From assembly GCF_001194135.2 (NCBI RefSeq), contig NC_068998.1, forward strand, positions 37,250,127 to 37,314,126: DNA of 64,000 nt. The letters are read 5' to 3'. The notes below the pieces were generated by a model that had not been told where the DNA came from, did no database searches, and saw only the letters and a list, made by a program, of their open reading frames with translations. This stretch comes from Octopus bimaculoides (lineage: Eukaryota). The position numbers were made by a program, and so were the translations under genes. Within the stretch, counting starts at the first letter, position 1. Every line of letters starts with the position of its first letter. This document shows positions 27,941 to 40,576 of this stretch, one piece after another.

Positions 27941-28756
27941 GTACCTCTTTGTTACTCACTTAAATTTTATTCACTTATCCTCGAATCTACTCTTCGTAAT
28001 ATTATAGACAGTATTTTTTATATAAAGTACTTGTCTGAATAGCTAAGAGCCGATTTCCTCACTCAGCTGGATCTCATTATCTGCATAAACTGCAAGAACA
28101 TGATGTGGCCGGCACTTACGCACCAAGTCTGATATTCACTTAATATTGTTGAGTATACATGTTACTCAGACCAAACAAGATGTCTCAGTTTCAGTATCTA
28201 AATTAAACTGAAATTTAATTATATAAATATGAGGGTGGGGTATGTATGTATACATTATATAGTTTATTTCAAGATTTCTTGCCAATATAGAATGAATCGT
28301 TTTCTAACCTAGATTCAAGGCTCCTTCACTGGAATTTCAACATCAACAATATGTATGTATGTCTGTCTGTATGTATGTATGTACGTATGTACGTACGTAT
28401 GTATGTATGTGCAGATTTGTATGTTTTATGTATGTATTCTCATGCATGTAGTTGCATATCTAGACATGCTCATATATATTTAAATGATAATCATCTGGAA
28501 AGTTTTATAGATTTTTACAGTTCCAGTGATATATTGCATCTGTAGTCTTCGAATAAGCTTTCACGTTTCTGGATTTGAGTAGCCTAATTTCTCAAGATGA
28601 GTATTTAAGCAGTGTGTTACATATCCCAGGACCCCAATAATTACAGGCATAAATCTGAACTTGTAATCTGGAGAGAGTAACTGCAGATTTCTCAATAGTT
28701 CAGCATCGGTGTTTGCTTTTTAATTGATCTTCAGCTTTATGTTAACTATATATGTT

Positions 28757-28787
<31 letters not shown>

Positions 28788-29081
28788 NNNNNNNNNNNNN
28801 NNNNNNNNNNNNNNNNNNNNNNNNNNNNNNNNNNNNNNNNNNNNNNNNNNNNNNNNNNNNNNNNNNNNNNNNNNNNNNNNNNNNNNNNNNNNNNNNNNNN
28901 NNNNNNNNNNNNNNNNNNNNNNNNNNNNNNNNNNNNNNNNNNNNNNNNNNNNNNNNNNNNNNNNNNNNNNNNNNNNNNNNNNNNNNNNNNNNNNNNNNNN
29001 NNNNNNNNNNNNNNNNNNNNNNNNNNNNNNNNNNNNNNNNNNNNNNNNNNNNNNNNNNNNNNNNNNNNNNNNNNNNNNNNN

Positions 29082-29124
<43 letters not shown>

Positions 29125-29244
29125 ACAGAGATTTTTCTTGAAGAACTTTAGTAGCTATGGATGTATAAAACAACTATGCAAGTCTACTAGGTTTCCAGAT
29201 GTATTTTAGTCAGATTTAGTGTTGGAAATCCTGACGCATTGTAT

Positions 29245-29560
29245 CTTTTATCTTTAACTTGTTTCAGTAACCGGATTGTGGTTATGCTGGGTCACTTCAT
29301 TGAAGGGCTTAATCGAAAAACATCCACCACAGTACTTAGTTTTTAAAAGTCTGGAATTCATTTTATAGGCCTCTTTTGCCAAGCAACTAGGTTACGGTGA
29401 TGTGAACAAACAACTGTTGTCAAACACAAACACACAAACACACTCACCCCCTCCATATATATATATATATACACGATCGGTTCTCACATAGATTCCGCCT
29501 GCCAAATTGCCTCACAAAGAAACGATCATCTCGGAGCCATAGTAGCTATAGAAGAAAACT
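29245..29560 (-). mobile_element. SINE family B, diverged
   Basis: cttgtttcagtaaccggattgtggttatgctgg..gttacggtgatgtgaac..ttccgcctgccaaattgcctcacaaag. Confidence 0.65.
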
Positions 29561-29659
29561 CTTGCCTAAGATGCCTAAGATGCAGCTTCCTAACTACATA
29601 AACAACATTTATACATGTAGAAAACAATATTATATGAATTGTGAATGTGTCGTTATTTA

Positions 29660-29790
29660 TATCTGATTGTAATACCTTATTCAGTAACCGCTCTTCGGTT
29701 ACTTGTATGCGCGATCGTATTCCATCGGTCGTTACCGAACTTCCATAACCATAATTGAGAACAGGCACGAAAACCAGATTGTAGTTTGTA
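29660..29790 (-). mobile_element. RTE-type RT fragment
   Basis: PVLNYGYGSSVTTDGIRSRIQVTEERLLNKV resembles the RTE PxLxYGxExW..RSRxQAxE..LRRV region. Confidence 0.5.
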
Positions 29791-29795
29791 GCATA

Positions 29796-29955
29796 GGCGT
29801 AAGTGTGGCTGTCTGGTACCAAGTTTGCTTCCCAACCACACGTTTCCGGGTTCAGTCCCACTGCGTGGCACCTTGCAAGAGCCTCTTCCACTATGGCCTC
29901 GTGCCGACCAAAGACTTGTGAGTGAATCTGATAGATGGAAATTGAAAGAAGACTT
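29796..29955 (+). mobile_element. SINE family B, 5' half
   Basis: ggcgtaagtgtggctgtctggtacc..ccgggttcagtcccactgcgtggcaccttg..gatggaaattgaaagaag. Confidence 0.85.
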
Positions 29956-30851
29956 TTCGCGAAATTGCATTTGACACTCCGGTTGATAACTGATGAGGAG
30001 TTGGTTAGCTTCTGTGTTTCTTTCCGTTCGTCTATGCATTTAGTATATGTTTTACAACCTGACTTGTGCCTGCTTTTCGTTCTTTGGTATCGCCAAGCCA
30101 ACATGGCAGTCCAAAATATATGACGAATGCTGCCGTTGATGAGCTCCAAGAGGCCATCGCCTCTAGCTAGCTATGTGACACATGAACCTGTGTCCATTAT
30201 AACCTTCGAACAGGGGAGGTTATCCGCTTCCCCTTGCTGGTCTGGCATCTACAGACTATTCTCAGGGTGTTGCCCTTTATCAATTTGAAGGAGGTGCTCC
30301 AGCAGTCTAATGATTGAAACAGATAAAAGGTATAACCCTTTGAGGATCTAATGCCAGAAGTGTCACTTTACTGTCCCACCACCTCAAACCTCAACACCAG
30401 TATGCAATTCAGCCTCCCATGATAAGTAAATACAGCTCCAAAGAGACCCGCACCTCTCCACTCGTCTCAGTGATGCTCAACTGACATGCAGAGTGCACCG
30501 GGAAAACTTTCTTAGAAGGATCCATGCCTCAATCTTTGCGATACTTAATTCTCATCACTACCTTGCAGCTCTCGGAAGAGGAACCATTCATTTTGTGTAG
30601 AAGCGAGAAAGTAATCTAAAGAATTACAACATAGAGCAAGTTTTTGAGTAAAAGCGTTAACACAATTAGAATTTTACGCAACCACACGAGAAGACACATT
30701 GACAGGTTATCTATAGACGTTGGCAGAAATGTAGAACTGTAGCTATTGATAAACTTGACATATTGTCAACCTTGAATCAGGTTCAACATCCATGATGTTT
30801 CTACTTGTTCGCTTGAATTTTTTTTTTTTTAGCGTGAATTTTCTTTTATTT

Positions 30852-31260
30852 GTTTGTCAGTCATTTGACCGGGACCGTGGTAGGGCAGCTCCTTGAAGAG
30901 TTTTAGTCGAACAAATCGACCCCAGTACATTACTTTTTTTCTTTTTTAGTCTGGTACTTGTTCTGCTGGCCACTTTTGGAAAGCCGCTAAATTACGGAGA
31001 CGAAAACAAACCTCAACATCGGTTGTCAATTAGTGAGGTACACAAACACAACCACACACTTACATACACACACACACACACACACACGCACGCACACACT
31101 CACGCACACACACACTCACGCACACACACACATACACACGCACACACATACAATCACACACACATATACATTTCGGGCTTCCACACAGTTTCCTCTCCAA
31201 AAAGAGAATTCATGAATTCTCTTTTTCGTGATTTGGATTTTAACTGGCCTTTTTATCATG
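30852..31260 (-). mobile_element. SINE family B
   Basis: cagtcatttgacc..gtcgaacaaatcgaccccag..(CA)n..ttcgggcttccacacagtttcc. Confidence 0.7.
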
Positions 31261-31520
31261 TAAGGAGTCCTGTCAATGGTCTCCTCTTTTTATACACTCT
31301 TATATNNNNNNNNNNNNNNNNNNNNNNNNNNNNNNNNNNNNNNNNNNNNNNNNNNNNNNNNNNNNNNNNNNNNNNNNNNNNNNNNNNNNNNNNNNNNNNN
31401 NNNNNNNNNNNNNNNNNNNNNNNNNNNNNNNNNNNNNNNNNNNNNNNNNNNNNNNNNNNNNNNNNNNNNNNNNNNNNNNNNNNNNNNNNNNNNNNNNNNN
31501 NNNNNNNNNNNNNNNNNNNN

Positions 31521-31572
<52 letters not shown>

Positions 31573-32878
31573 TATATCTACATATATATACATATATATA
31601 TGTGCACATATATATACATATGTATATACATGTACATATACCCCACCACATATACATATTAAAATATATATTTTCCTTGACAGCATATACTTTTTTACGA
31701 CAGTATGTAAAGAAACTATATATAGGTAATGCCCTGATATTGTAAAGCTACTTTTAGTTTTCTTCTCAGTTATTAAAAGACATTAATAGCATAGATTTGA
31801 TCAGGCATCAGATAATTCTAGAGAAGACAGCAAATAAACATGAGTCGATCGCCCGAGGATCTTATTACAACATAGCATTACATAGTGAGATCAACTCAGT
31901 AGATACAAATATTTCCTTTGATTTTGTATCAAGTTGGCCCCACGGAAGCAGGTATTGAGCAGATTATTTGAAAAAAAAAAGTCGTAAGAGAGTTAAACCT
32001 GAAAGGTTGTTTCAGAATTATGCAGTACATTGCGAGCACTGTTTTAAATAACGCCCGTTGATAAAATCTCGAACATAAATGATTCAAAACCGAGTTTACT
32101 GTTGTATTTTCAGCTAATGGCATATATAGGTTACTAGTTTGCTTCACCTGTGTCAAGTTCAGAAGTAGAATCAACATATTGATAATGGTATAACTAACGA
32201 TAGGATTAACGTTTTTGAAGAAACCATCTCGGTGTTTCTGTCCTAGAAGATATCATATTAGCAAAGAGAGAGAGAGAGACGTTGTGCGTGCATGTGTCGT
32301 TTTGTGTGTGTTCAAAAGAACAGATATAGTGAAATGCGATATTAATTGAGAAAGCAAACAAATCTAACTTTAATGAAGTAAATCTATGAGATGTTCTGTT
32401 TTCTAAATAGTGTTCGAAAGGAAATGTCTTCACTGTTTGTTGATATTCTGACGTTCAAGTACTTTCGACGCTAAACCAATAAAGAAAAAAATAAACGAAA
32501 GTCTACTTAAACCGGTGCTTAGCAAGAACGTCTCTGCGTGATTATGAAGTGTGTGTGATTTAGTGTACTGGGATTATGTCGATTTCAGCCCAAGTGAACT
32601 ATGCTATGATCAAGAGTTATCGCGAGCCATTCAATCAAATTTTGCTGAGACTTTATTAGTATTATCTTCCGTCTTATATAAAGAGATAACATCTCATTAG
32701 ATTGTGGGGAAATAGTTGATAAGGACTTCACACATTCGCATAATATACACATCAATACAGACGCACTTAAATAAATATATACATATATTTAAGTATTTAT
32801 ATAAAATATATATACATACATATGTATGTATATATGCTTACATACGCATATTGGTTATATATATACAAAAATACATTC

Positions 32879-32930
<52 letters not shown>

Positions 32931-33329
32931 CGTATGTGTATTTCGTGTGCAAGATTCTTGATGTGGATACGTGTGTTGAAAGAAATACAATTAAACTTTG
33001 AGAGAGGCATTATGCCGGTAATAAACACACGCACTGGTTCAGTCCTTTAATTTATATAGTTTTTTGTTAAATTATTTCATTGCACTCTTGCAATCTCTTC
33101 AGTAACTTGTCTCTCCACTTCCATTTATTTTGAACTATACATATATAGTTTTAGGGAAAAGAACCCCCTCTCTCCCATTTCATGGCATTCCATTCCTTTA
33201 ACTTCTCTGCTTTCTTTCGTTATCCCCCTTGTACTTTTCCCTCTGTCCGTTCCTCTCTCTATCCCTCTCTCTATTTATTTCCCTAATTCTTCAACCGCTC
33301 TGCTCCCTACATCTCTCTGTCCTTCCTAC

Positions 33330-33612
33330 GTGACCAGTGTTCGGCCAAGCATGATCTTTCTTTCTCCGCCCGTACAACGCCTTATTTTCCTTCGTCCTGA
33401 CTTTCATCTATGTTTGTGCCTCAATGTCTGTCTACACAGCAGCACAACTCAACTTGCCTTTATTAGTCGAAAGATACCTGTTGTTATCTTGTTTGTATTT
33501 GTAATCGTGTGACATATTCTCCGTTTTCTCGTTCTTTTGTCTGTGTTGTCGTACACATTCGGTTGCTTTCGTTCAAAAGTTTAATGCGCTTAGCCTAGGC
33601 TTCTGGGGCCTG
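33330..33612. mobile_element. Possible repeat-derived UTR segment (Penelope-like?)
   Basis: A C/T-rich tract followed by non-random pyrimidine-rich sequence like the 3' region of the 10786 element. No coding motif. Confidence 0.25.
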
Positions 33613-34480
33613 NNNNNNNNNNNNNNNNNNNNNNNNNNNNNNNNNNNNNNNNNNNNNNNNNNNNNNNNNNNNNNNNNNNNNNNNNNNNNNNNNNNNNNNN
33701 NNNNNNNNNNNNNNNNNNNNNNNNNNNNNNNNNNNNNNNNNNNNNNNNNNNNNNNNNNNNNNNNNNNNNNNNNNNNNNNNNNNNNNNNNNNNNNNNNNNN
33801 NNNNNNNNNNNNNNNNNNNNNNNNNNNNNNNNNNNNNNNNNNNNNNNNNNNNNNNNNNNNNNNNNNNNNNNNNNNNNNNNNNNNNNNNNNNNNNNNNNNN
33901 NNNNNNNNNNNNNNNNNNNNNNNNNNNNNNNNNNNNNNNNNNNNNNNNNNNNNNNNNNNNNNNNNNNNNNNNNNNNNNNNNNNNNNNNNNNNNNNNNNNN
34001 NNNNNNNNNNNNNNNNNNNNNNNNNNNNNNNNNNNNNNNNNNNNNNNNNNNNNNNNNNNNNNNNNNNNNNNNNNNNNNNNNNNNNNNNNNNNNNNNNNNN
34101 NNNNNNNNNNNNNNNNNNNNNNNNNNNNNNNNNNNNNNNNNNNNNNNNNNNNNNNNNNNNNNNNNNNNNNNNNNNNNNNNNNNNNNNNNNNNNNNNNNNN
34201 NNNNNNNNNNNNNNNNNNNNNNNNNNNNNNNNNNNNNNNNNNNNNNNNNNNNNNNNNNNNNNNNNNNNNNNNNNNNNNNNNNNNNNNNNNNNNNNNNNNN
34301 NNNNNNNNNNNNNNNNNNNNNNNNNNNNNNNNNNNNNNNNNNNNNNNNNNNNNNNNNNNNNNNNTATATATATATATATATATATACAGAGAGAGAGAGA
34401 GAGAGAGAGAGATACCAGAGTAAGCATATAAATACGAAACAAGGTGGAAAAATATTACTCGAATACCAGAGGTAGAGTGG

Positions 34481-34553
34481 AATTCGCTGGTGTAAAGGTA
34501 GAACACTTAGTCACGTTAACAAAGGGATGTGGGTTCGATTCCCACGCGGATAG
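34481..34553 (+). ncRNA. tRNA-like unit 1 (Asn-like, probably non-decoding)
   Basis: Acceptor ATTCGC/GCGGAT, D stem GTGT/ACAC, T arm GTGGG-TTCGATT-CCCAC and GTT at anticodon positions 34-36. The anticodon stem does not pair. TTTTT follows ~12 nt downstream. Confidence 0.5.
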
Positions 34554-34789
34554 AAAATCCTTCTTTTTCTCTGTCTAGGGCTAAAGCGACCCTTTATTAG
34601 TCATTGCACGGTGATCGCCATAAGCTTTAAGCTTATATAAAAATGCCATTTTTATTATTTACAGGGTTTTAAAAACGGTGCCGTATAAAAAAAACATTCG
34701 CACTGAAAGCATATAGAAAGTTTGTTTACATATAAAGATAACAAACACGAACTATTATAGTTCATAAATTTGACAGGAAGAGAGATGCT

Positions 34790-34862
34790 GATTCGCTGGT
34801 TTAAAGGCAACACACTCAGTCGCGTTAATAAAGAGATGTGGATTCGACTCCCACGCAGATAG
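34790..34862 (+). ncRNA. tRNA-like unit 2 (tandem paralog, more degenerate)
   Basis: 60/71 identical to unit 1, offset 309 bp. T arm GTGGA-TTCGACT-CCCAC, with TTTTT downstream. Confidence 0.4.
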
Positions 34863-35229
34863 GAAAGCCGTCTGTTTTTCTGTGGAGGGCTTATATGCTC
34901 CTTTATTAGACTATTTTCCTTACTCAGTACATGGTGATCGCCTTAAGCTTATATAAAAATACCATATATATTGTTATATTTCAAGATGGTCATTCTTTTT
35001 TTTTTTTTTTTTTTTTGCCAAATAAACACACTCACTATATATTCGTTCTTCGCTCATTAATTACTATTCTTATTTCAACTCGTGTCCATTGTCCGGAAAT
35101 CTTTCGTCACGCATCTGGGATCTCTTCAGCGACACTTTCCGTCCTCGTGTGTGCTCCTGCTCCGCTTAGTCCATGCGAATGGGTTGAGGTTCAGGGTAAA
35201 ACGATTCTGCTACACAACGCCAAGGCAGC

Positions 35230-35995
35230 CTTTTCTGCTAATGCTGATGAGGATGATGAGGGTAATGGTGATGATGCTAGTGGTGGTGGTGGTGGTGGTG
35301 TTACTGATGATGATGATGTTGATGATAATGATGTCACCGTCACCATGAAGATGATATTCATGGTATTGACGGTAATGGCGATGGTGTTAATGCTGCTGCT
35401 GATGATGAAATAATGACGTTGATGGTAGTGCAGGTGGTGGTGGTGGTGAGCGCTGCTATTTGCGATGATGGTTATGTTGATAACGATGATGATATGTNNN
35501 NNNNNNNNNNNNNNNNNNNNNNNNNNNNNNNNNNNNNNNNNNNNNNNNNNNNNNNNNNNNNNNNNNNNNNNNNNNNNNNNNNNNNNNNNNNNNNNNNNNN
35601 NNNNNNNNNNNNNNNNNNNNNNNNNNNNNNNNNNNNNNNNNNNNNNNNNNNNNNNNNNNNNNNNNNNNNNNNNNNNNNNNNNNNNNNNNNNNNNNNNNNN
35701 NNNNNNNNNNNNNNNNNNNNNNNNNNNNNNNNNNNNNNNNNNNNNNNNNNNNNNNNNNNNNNNNNNNNNNNNNNNNNNNNNNNNNNNNNNNNNNNNNNNN
35801 NNNNNNNNNNNNNNGGTGAGCGCTGCTATTTGCGATGATGGTTATGTTGATAACGATGATGATATGTTGATGATGATAATGATGATGATGATGATGAAGA
35901 TCAGGAGGAGGAGGAGGATATTGGTGATGGTAGTAGTGAAGATGGTGGCTGGTTTTGGTGTTGATGGTGATGGTGATGACAACGACGATGATGAT
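35230..35995. repeat. Degenerate GAT/GGT low-complexity tract just upstream of the C1a exon (contains a gap)
   Basis: Directly visible. Confidence 0.85.
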
Positions 35996-36051
35996 ATCAA
36001 TGTCTACATGATTATATGGATTTTATTTAATTTTGCTTTATTTCATTTCAG

Positions 36052-36193
36052 TCGAGTTCATATAACGAAGGCGACACTCGACCACTTACATGGAGAATAT
36101 GACACAGAACCCGGCTATGGAAGTGAGAGAAACTCATATCTAAGGCATCATAACATTGAAACCTATTTTATCAAAGCTAAGCATCCGAGAAAA
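36052..36193 (+). CDS. ADCY1: Internal coding exon of a Ca2+/calmodulin-stimulated adenylyl cyclase (rutabaga/ADCY1-like): C-terminal end of catalytic domain C1a
   Basis: Acceptor ttttgctttatttcatttcag ends at 36051 and donor AAA|gtaagt starts at 36194. The 142-nt exon (phase 2 in, phase 0 out) reads (G)[47 protein letters not shown]. This matches the adenylyl cyclase C1a motif G[RK][VI]HITxxTLxxLxGxYxxExGxGxERNxxLxxHxIETxxI, and EPGYGxERNS plus HxRK point to the AC1/rutabaga type. Confidence 0.93.
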
Positions 36194-36516
36194 GTAAGTC
36201 ACAACACATATTTATATTTTATTGAATTCTGATATTTCGAACATATGCAAAGACATTCGCATACATAGATACATACATAGATACATACACACCGACGTGC
36301 ATATATACAAATATACATACGTACATATGTACATATGTATGTATGCATAGATATATATATGTGTATGCACACATAGATATGCAGATATACAAGTATACAT
36401 CCATATACAGATATAGACATATATGCACACCTACATACATCTACATGTATGGGTACATAGTCATATTCCAATATGCATACGTACATACATCCATATACCT
36501 ATATGCATACGTACTT

Positions 36517-36579
<63 letters not shown>

Positions 36580-37431
36580 NNNNNNNNNNNNNNNNNNNNN
36601 NNNNNNNNNNNNNNNNNNNNNNNNNNNNNNNNNNNNNNNNNNNNNNNNNNNNNNNNNNNNNNNNNNNNNNNNNNNNNNNNNNNNNNNNNNNNNNNNNNNN
36701 NNNNNNNNNNNNNNNNNNNNNNNNNNNNNNNNNNNNNNNNNNNNNNNNNNNNNNNNNNNNNNNNNNNNNNNNNNNNNNNNATATATATATATATACATTT
36801 ATATATATATATATACACACACGCATATACATATACATACATATATACAGATTTGTATATATTGAGACAGAGACATATAAAACATGTATGGAATACAATG
36901 CATGCATGATCATACATATATACATATATACATATATGCATACATACATGCATACATTCACATTGACGTGTATAGATACATGTACGTATGTGTGCATACA
37001 TGCACGCTTTCAGGCACACAATCATATAGAACTTCAATGCGTGTTACACATAGATACAAATATACATACGCACGTACACGCATACATGCACGCGCGCATA
37101 TACTTAGAAACACATGCACACACAGAACGTATGCATTTGTGCGGGCAATCATATGTGTTTAACTGTGTATATGCCCCTTTACATGTTCATCCGCTAATTT
37201 ACACTGTCATTTCTAAGTAGAACCTGGGTATTAATAGTATTTTATTTCTGTGTTATTCTGTACCATAGAAATTATCTATAAATCTATGTGCAACGCTTTT
37301 ATGTAGAGACAGTTGTAAACACTGTCATTATATGTACAGCCTCTACTAAAATTATTGCTATTGCTAATGGTGGTAAAATACTTGAGGATTAGCATCTCCG
37401 GATCTTCTATTAAATATTCCTCACCAATATT

Positions 37432-37643
37432 CTTTTCTACTCCAGGCACAAGGCCCAACATTTTGGGGGAGGGAGCCAGTCGATTGGATCGATCCCAGTA
37501 CGCAGCTAGTACTTATTTAATCGACCCTGAAAGGATGAAAGGCAAAGTCGACCTTGGCGGAATTTGAACTCAGATCGTAAAGGCAGTCGAAATACCGCTA
37601 AGCATTTCGCCTGGCGTGGTAACGTTTCTGCCAGCTCGCTGCC
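37432..37643 (-). mobile_element. SINE family A, well preserved
   Basis: tttctactccaggcacaaggccc..gaaaggatgaaaggcaaagtcgaccttggcggaatttgaactcag..gtttctgccagctcgctgcc. Confidence 0.92.
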
Positions 37644-37850
37644 CAAGTCTGAAGATTCATCAACAAGAGAGTAATTACTTTAACCATTTAGTTAAAGACG
37701 CCATAATTTCTTAATTAAATAAATTCGATACGAACTAGTCCAGCTGATCCCTCTCTGTCTGCTCATGAAAATATTCAAATACAAATACACGGTGAATTCA
37801 TACACTGTCGGCCCAAAATCTACCGATATATTTCTGTAATATAGTAAAGC

Positions 37851-37908
<58 letters not shown>

Positions 37909-38140
37909 GTGCGTGTATGTTTCGATAACACCTAAAAGAAATCTTTTAGAACCAACCTCGACTAGGAAAAGCGCCCCCCCCCACACACACACACATGCAT
38001 AATGTATATGTGTGTGAGTGTGTGTGTGTGTATACAATATACATAAATATACGTTTATTTACATATATATGTATATTTATTGTAGATTTCAATCATAGCG
38101 TAATATACTCAGTTGGTTTGGCCAGTATCGATGAGTATGT

Positions 38141-38343
38141 AATATTAGTTTCAAATTCTGGCACAGGGCCAACAATTTCGGCAGGAGAGATAAGGCGATT
38201 AAACCGACCTTAGTATTTTATCGACCCCAAAGGAACATAGCTAAAGTCGACTTCGGTGGAATTTGAACTTAGAATGTAAAGACGGAAAAACTGCCGCTAA
38301 GCATTTAGCCTGGCGTGCTAACGACTCTGCGAGCTCACCGCCT
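38141..38343 (-). mobile_element. SINE family A
   Basis: aatattagtttcaaattctggcacagggcc..gctaacgactctgcgagctcaccgcc. Confidence 0.85.
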
Positions 38344-39199
38344 TCGTTTCTGCATGTAATAATGACATCTGTTTTGAGTATAACAGCCATGAAAATTATA
38401 TTTTCACTGTCCACCGAGGTCCGTTTGAGCTAAAATGCAACTAGAATTCTTGACATATATTTCATTAATAATTCCATATTTTTATCCCTTCCTTCCATTG
38501 TCTTCTCTTTCCTTTGACTTCTTGGTCACTTAATTCTACTGCTACCAATATCAGTTCTCTTCAATATTCTTAAGGAGGAGCGCCTTGAAAAAGTAATACT
38601 CGCATGTACCTTTGGCTCTACATAATATTCTAATAGATCTATTATGAATCAATTAACTCGCAGAATCACCGCATCTAATGATCGTAAAACGCTTGCATAA
38701 CTGAAACACGTGTCGGCATTTTTTAATTATCAATCAAAGATGCGTAACTCTTCGTTCTTCATTCCGTCCTTACAAATTGTGTATGTCTCTATCTGCCCCA
38801 TCACCTTTCCCTATAAGTCATTTGAAGGAAAAAAAACAAATTATCCTCAACCAGTTGTAATTTACAAAAGGGATAAAGTGGGGTCTATTAAGCAATTGCT
38901 CGATTATCGAATTAGTAGCTAAGTCTCACACAAAACACTACATATTGTCTTTCGAAAAGAAAGGTAACATTGGGTCATGTACCCCTAAAAACTGATTATT
39001 ATGACAGGAATGTCTTAAACATTTGCCTGCTATGAGGCACATGATCTTAAACTACTACAACTGCTGTTATCACTACCACTAATGCTGCTACTGCTGCTGC
39101 TACTGCTATTCCTGCTCGTTGGCTCTCGTGCTGTAGGCGAGAGAGGAGGTTTTTGAAAATTTTTGCTCAGAAACTTGCAGTTATTTCTTTTATAATAGT

Positions 39200-39415
39200 A
39201 ACCAAATGCCTGTGCAGTGCATTAGCTCGTTCCCTGCATCAAATCGACATTGTAGAAACACATAGTATAATGCATGCCAGATGTCAAAGTGATTACAAAG
39301 CAACGTGAGATGGAGACGAAAGTCACAAGAACACAACGCACCGCCAGGTCTAGAAATCAGACCTACGATCTGACGATCGTGAGAGCGACGCTGCGACCGC
39401 CAGGCCATGCACTGT
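39200..39415 (-). mobile_element. tRNA-derived SINE (family C-like)
   Basis: Reverse-complement head catggcctggcggtcgcagcgtcgctctcacgatc.., then gcgttgtgttcttgtg. Confidence 0.55.
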
Positions 39416-39435
39416 CACATTACTACTACTACTAT

Positions 39436-39519
<84 letters not shown>

Positions 39520-39571
39520 GTACNNNNNNNNNNNNNNNNNNNNNNNNNNNNNNNNNNNNNNNNNNNNNNNN

Positions 39572-39611
<40 letters not shown>

Positions 39612-40519
39612 TATATCTATATATATATACATATATTCATACATATATGTACATAGCTACATCTATATGCATACATACATGCATACATGGGTACAGGACA
39701 TCAAGAAAAACGTTAAACACAATGAGAAATGAAAACAGAAAAATGAAAACAGTCAACGAACTTTTTTCGAACAACGAAACAAACAAACAGAGAAACGAGA
39801 CATACAACATAAAGAGTATATCCCTTCGTCAGTTGTCCCTGTTCCATCTACTCTGCGTTTCGAGCGTACGCATTCATATTGCAGTAACAACACCCAATGC
39901 TACCCGGGTTTTTTATAATTTAAAGTAAATGCTGTTACATGTATTCACTATATTTGAGATAAATTGCTTTAAATATATGCTGGCCATTATCAGCTGCTCC
40001 AAGAAGCTGATTGACTCAGGTTTGCTGTCTCGGAGCAATTCACGTCGGCTCCATAAAAACATTGAGTTTCATAAAACTATACAAAAAATTAAAAATAAAC
40101 TAATTCCTAAAATTAAATTTAATTGTGAATTTTTTTGCTCTTGTGAAAAATTTTTCGCTATATTTTTTCTTCGAAATATTGTATAATTTAAATAATTACT
40201 GTAAATTAATCAATCCTCTAATTAGTAACTTTCTCCATTATCTAGTGCAGTGCTTGGGGGTAATAATTAACTATTCTTAGTTTTCTAAAATTGCAGAATG
40301 TATCTGGTAAGGTCATGTAACTTGTGACTTTCTCCTAGTTAAAATGTGTTTCTAGGTAGAATATAAGCCAGCTAGGTACAGAACTGTGGCCCACAACTTG
40401 GAGAATACATCCATATAAACACACATACAAAGAATTTCTCTTATATGTAATTTACATATCCATATACAAGTACATGAATACAGTCGTGTATATACATATA
40501 GAGGGAGAAAGAGAAAGAG

Positions 40520-40576
<57 letters not shown>

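Noticed and set aside
29526-30149. 207-aa minus-strand ORF
   Set aside because: It is a chance read-through of a SINE B copy, an RTE fragment and flanking repeat.
34481-34862. Calling the tRNA-like units functional tRNA-Asn genes
   Set aside because: The anticodon stems do not pair, position 33 is not U and the 1:72 pair is mismatched.
35445-35867. Identical ~52-bp sequence on both sides of a gap
   Set aside because: It flanks an N gap in low-complexity DNA and is probably duplicated contig ends.
36051-36082. 7-bp hairpin GTCGAGT/ACTCGAC covering the C1a exon acceptor
   Set aside because: Too short to distinguish from chance without orthologs.
40298-40313. Possible micro-exon AATGTATCTG between ttgcag and gtaagg
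   Set aside because: It is 10 nt and would break the frame, while the flanking exons already join collinearly with AC1 proteins.
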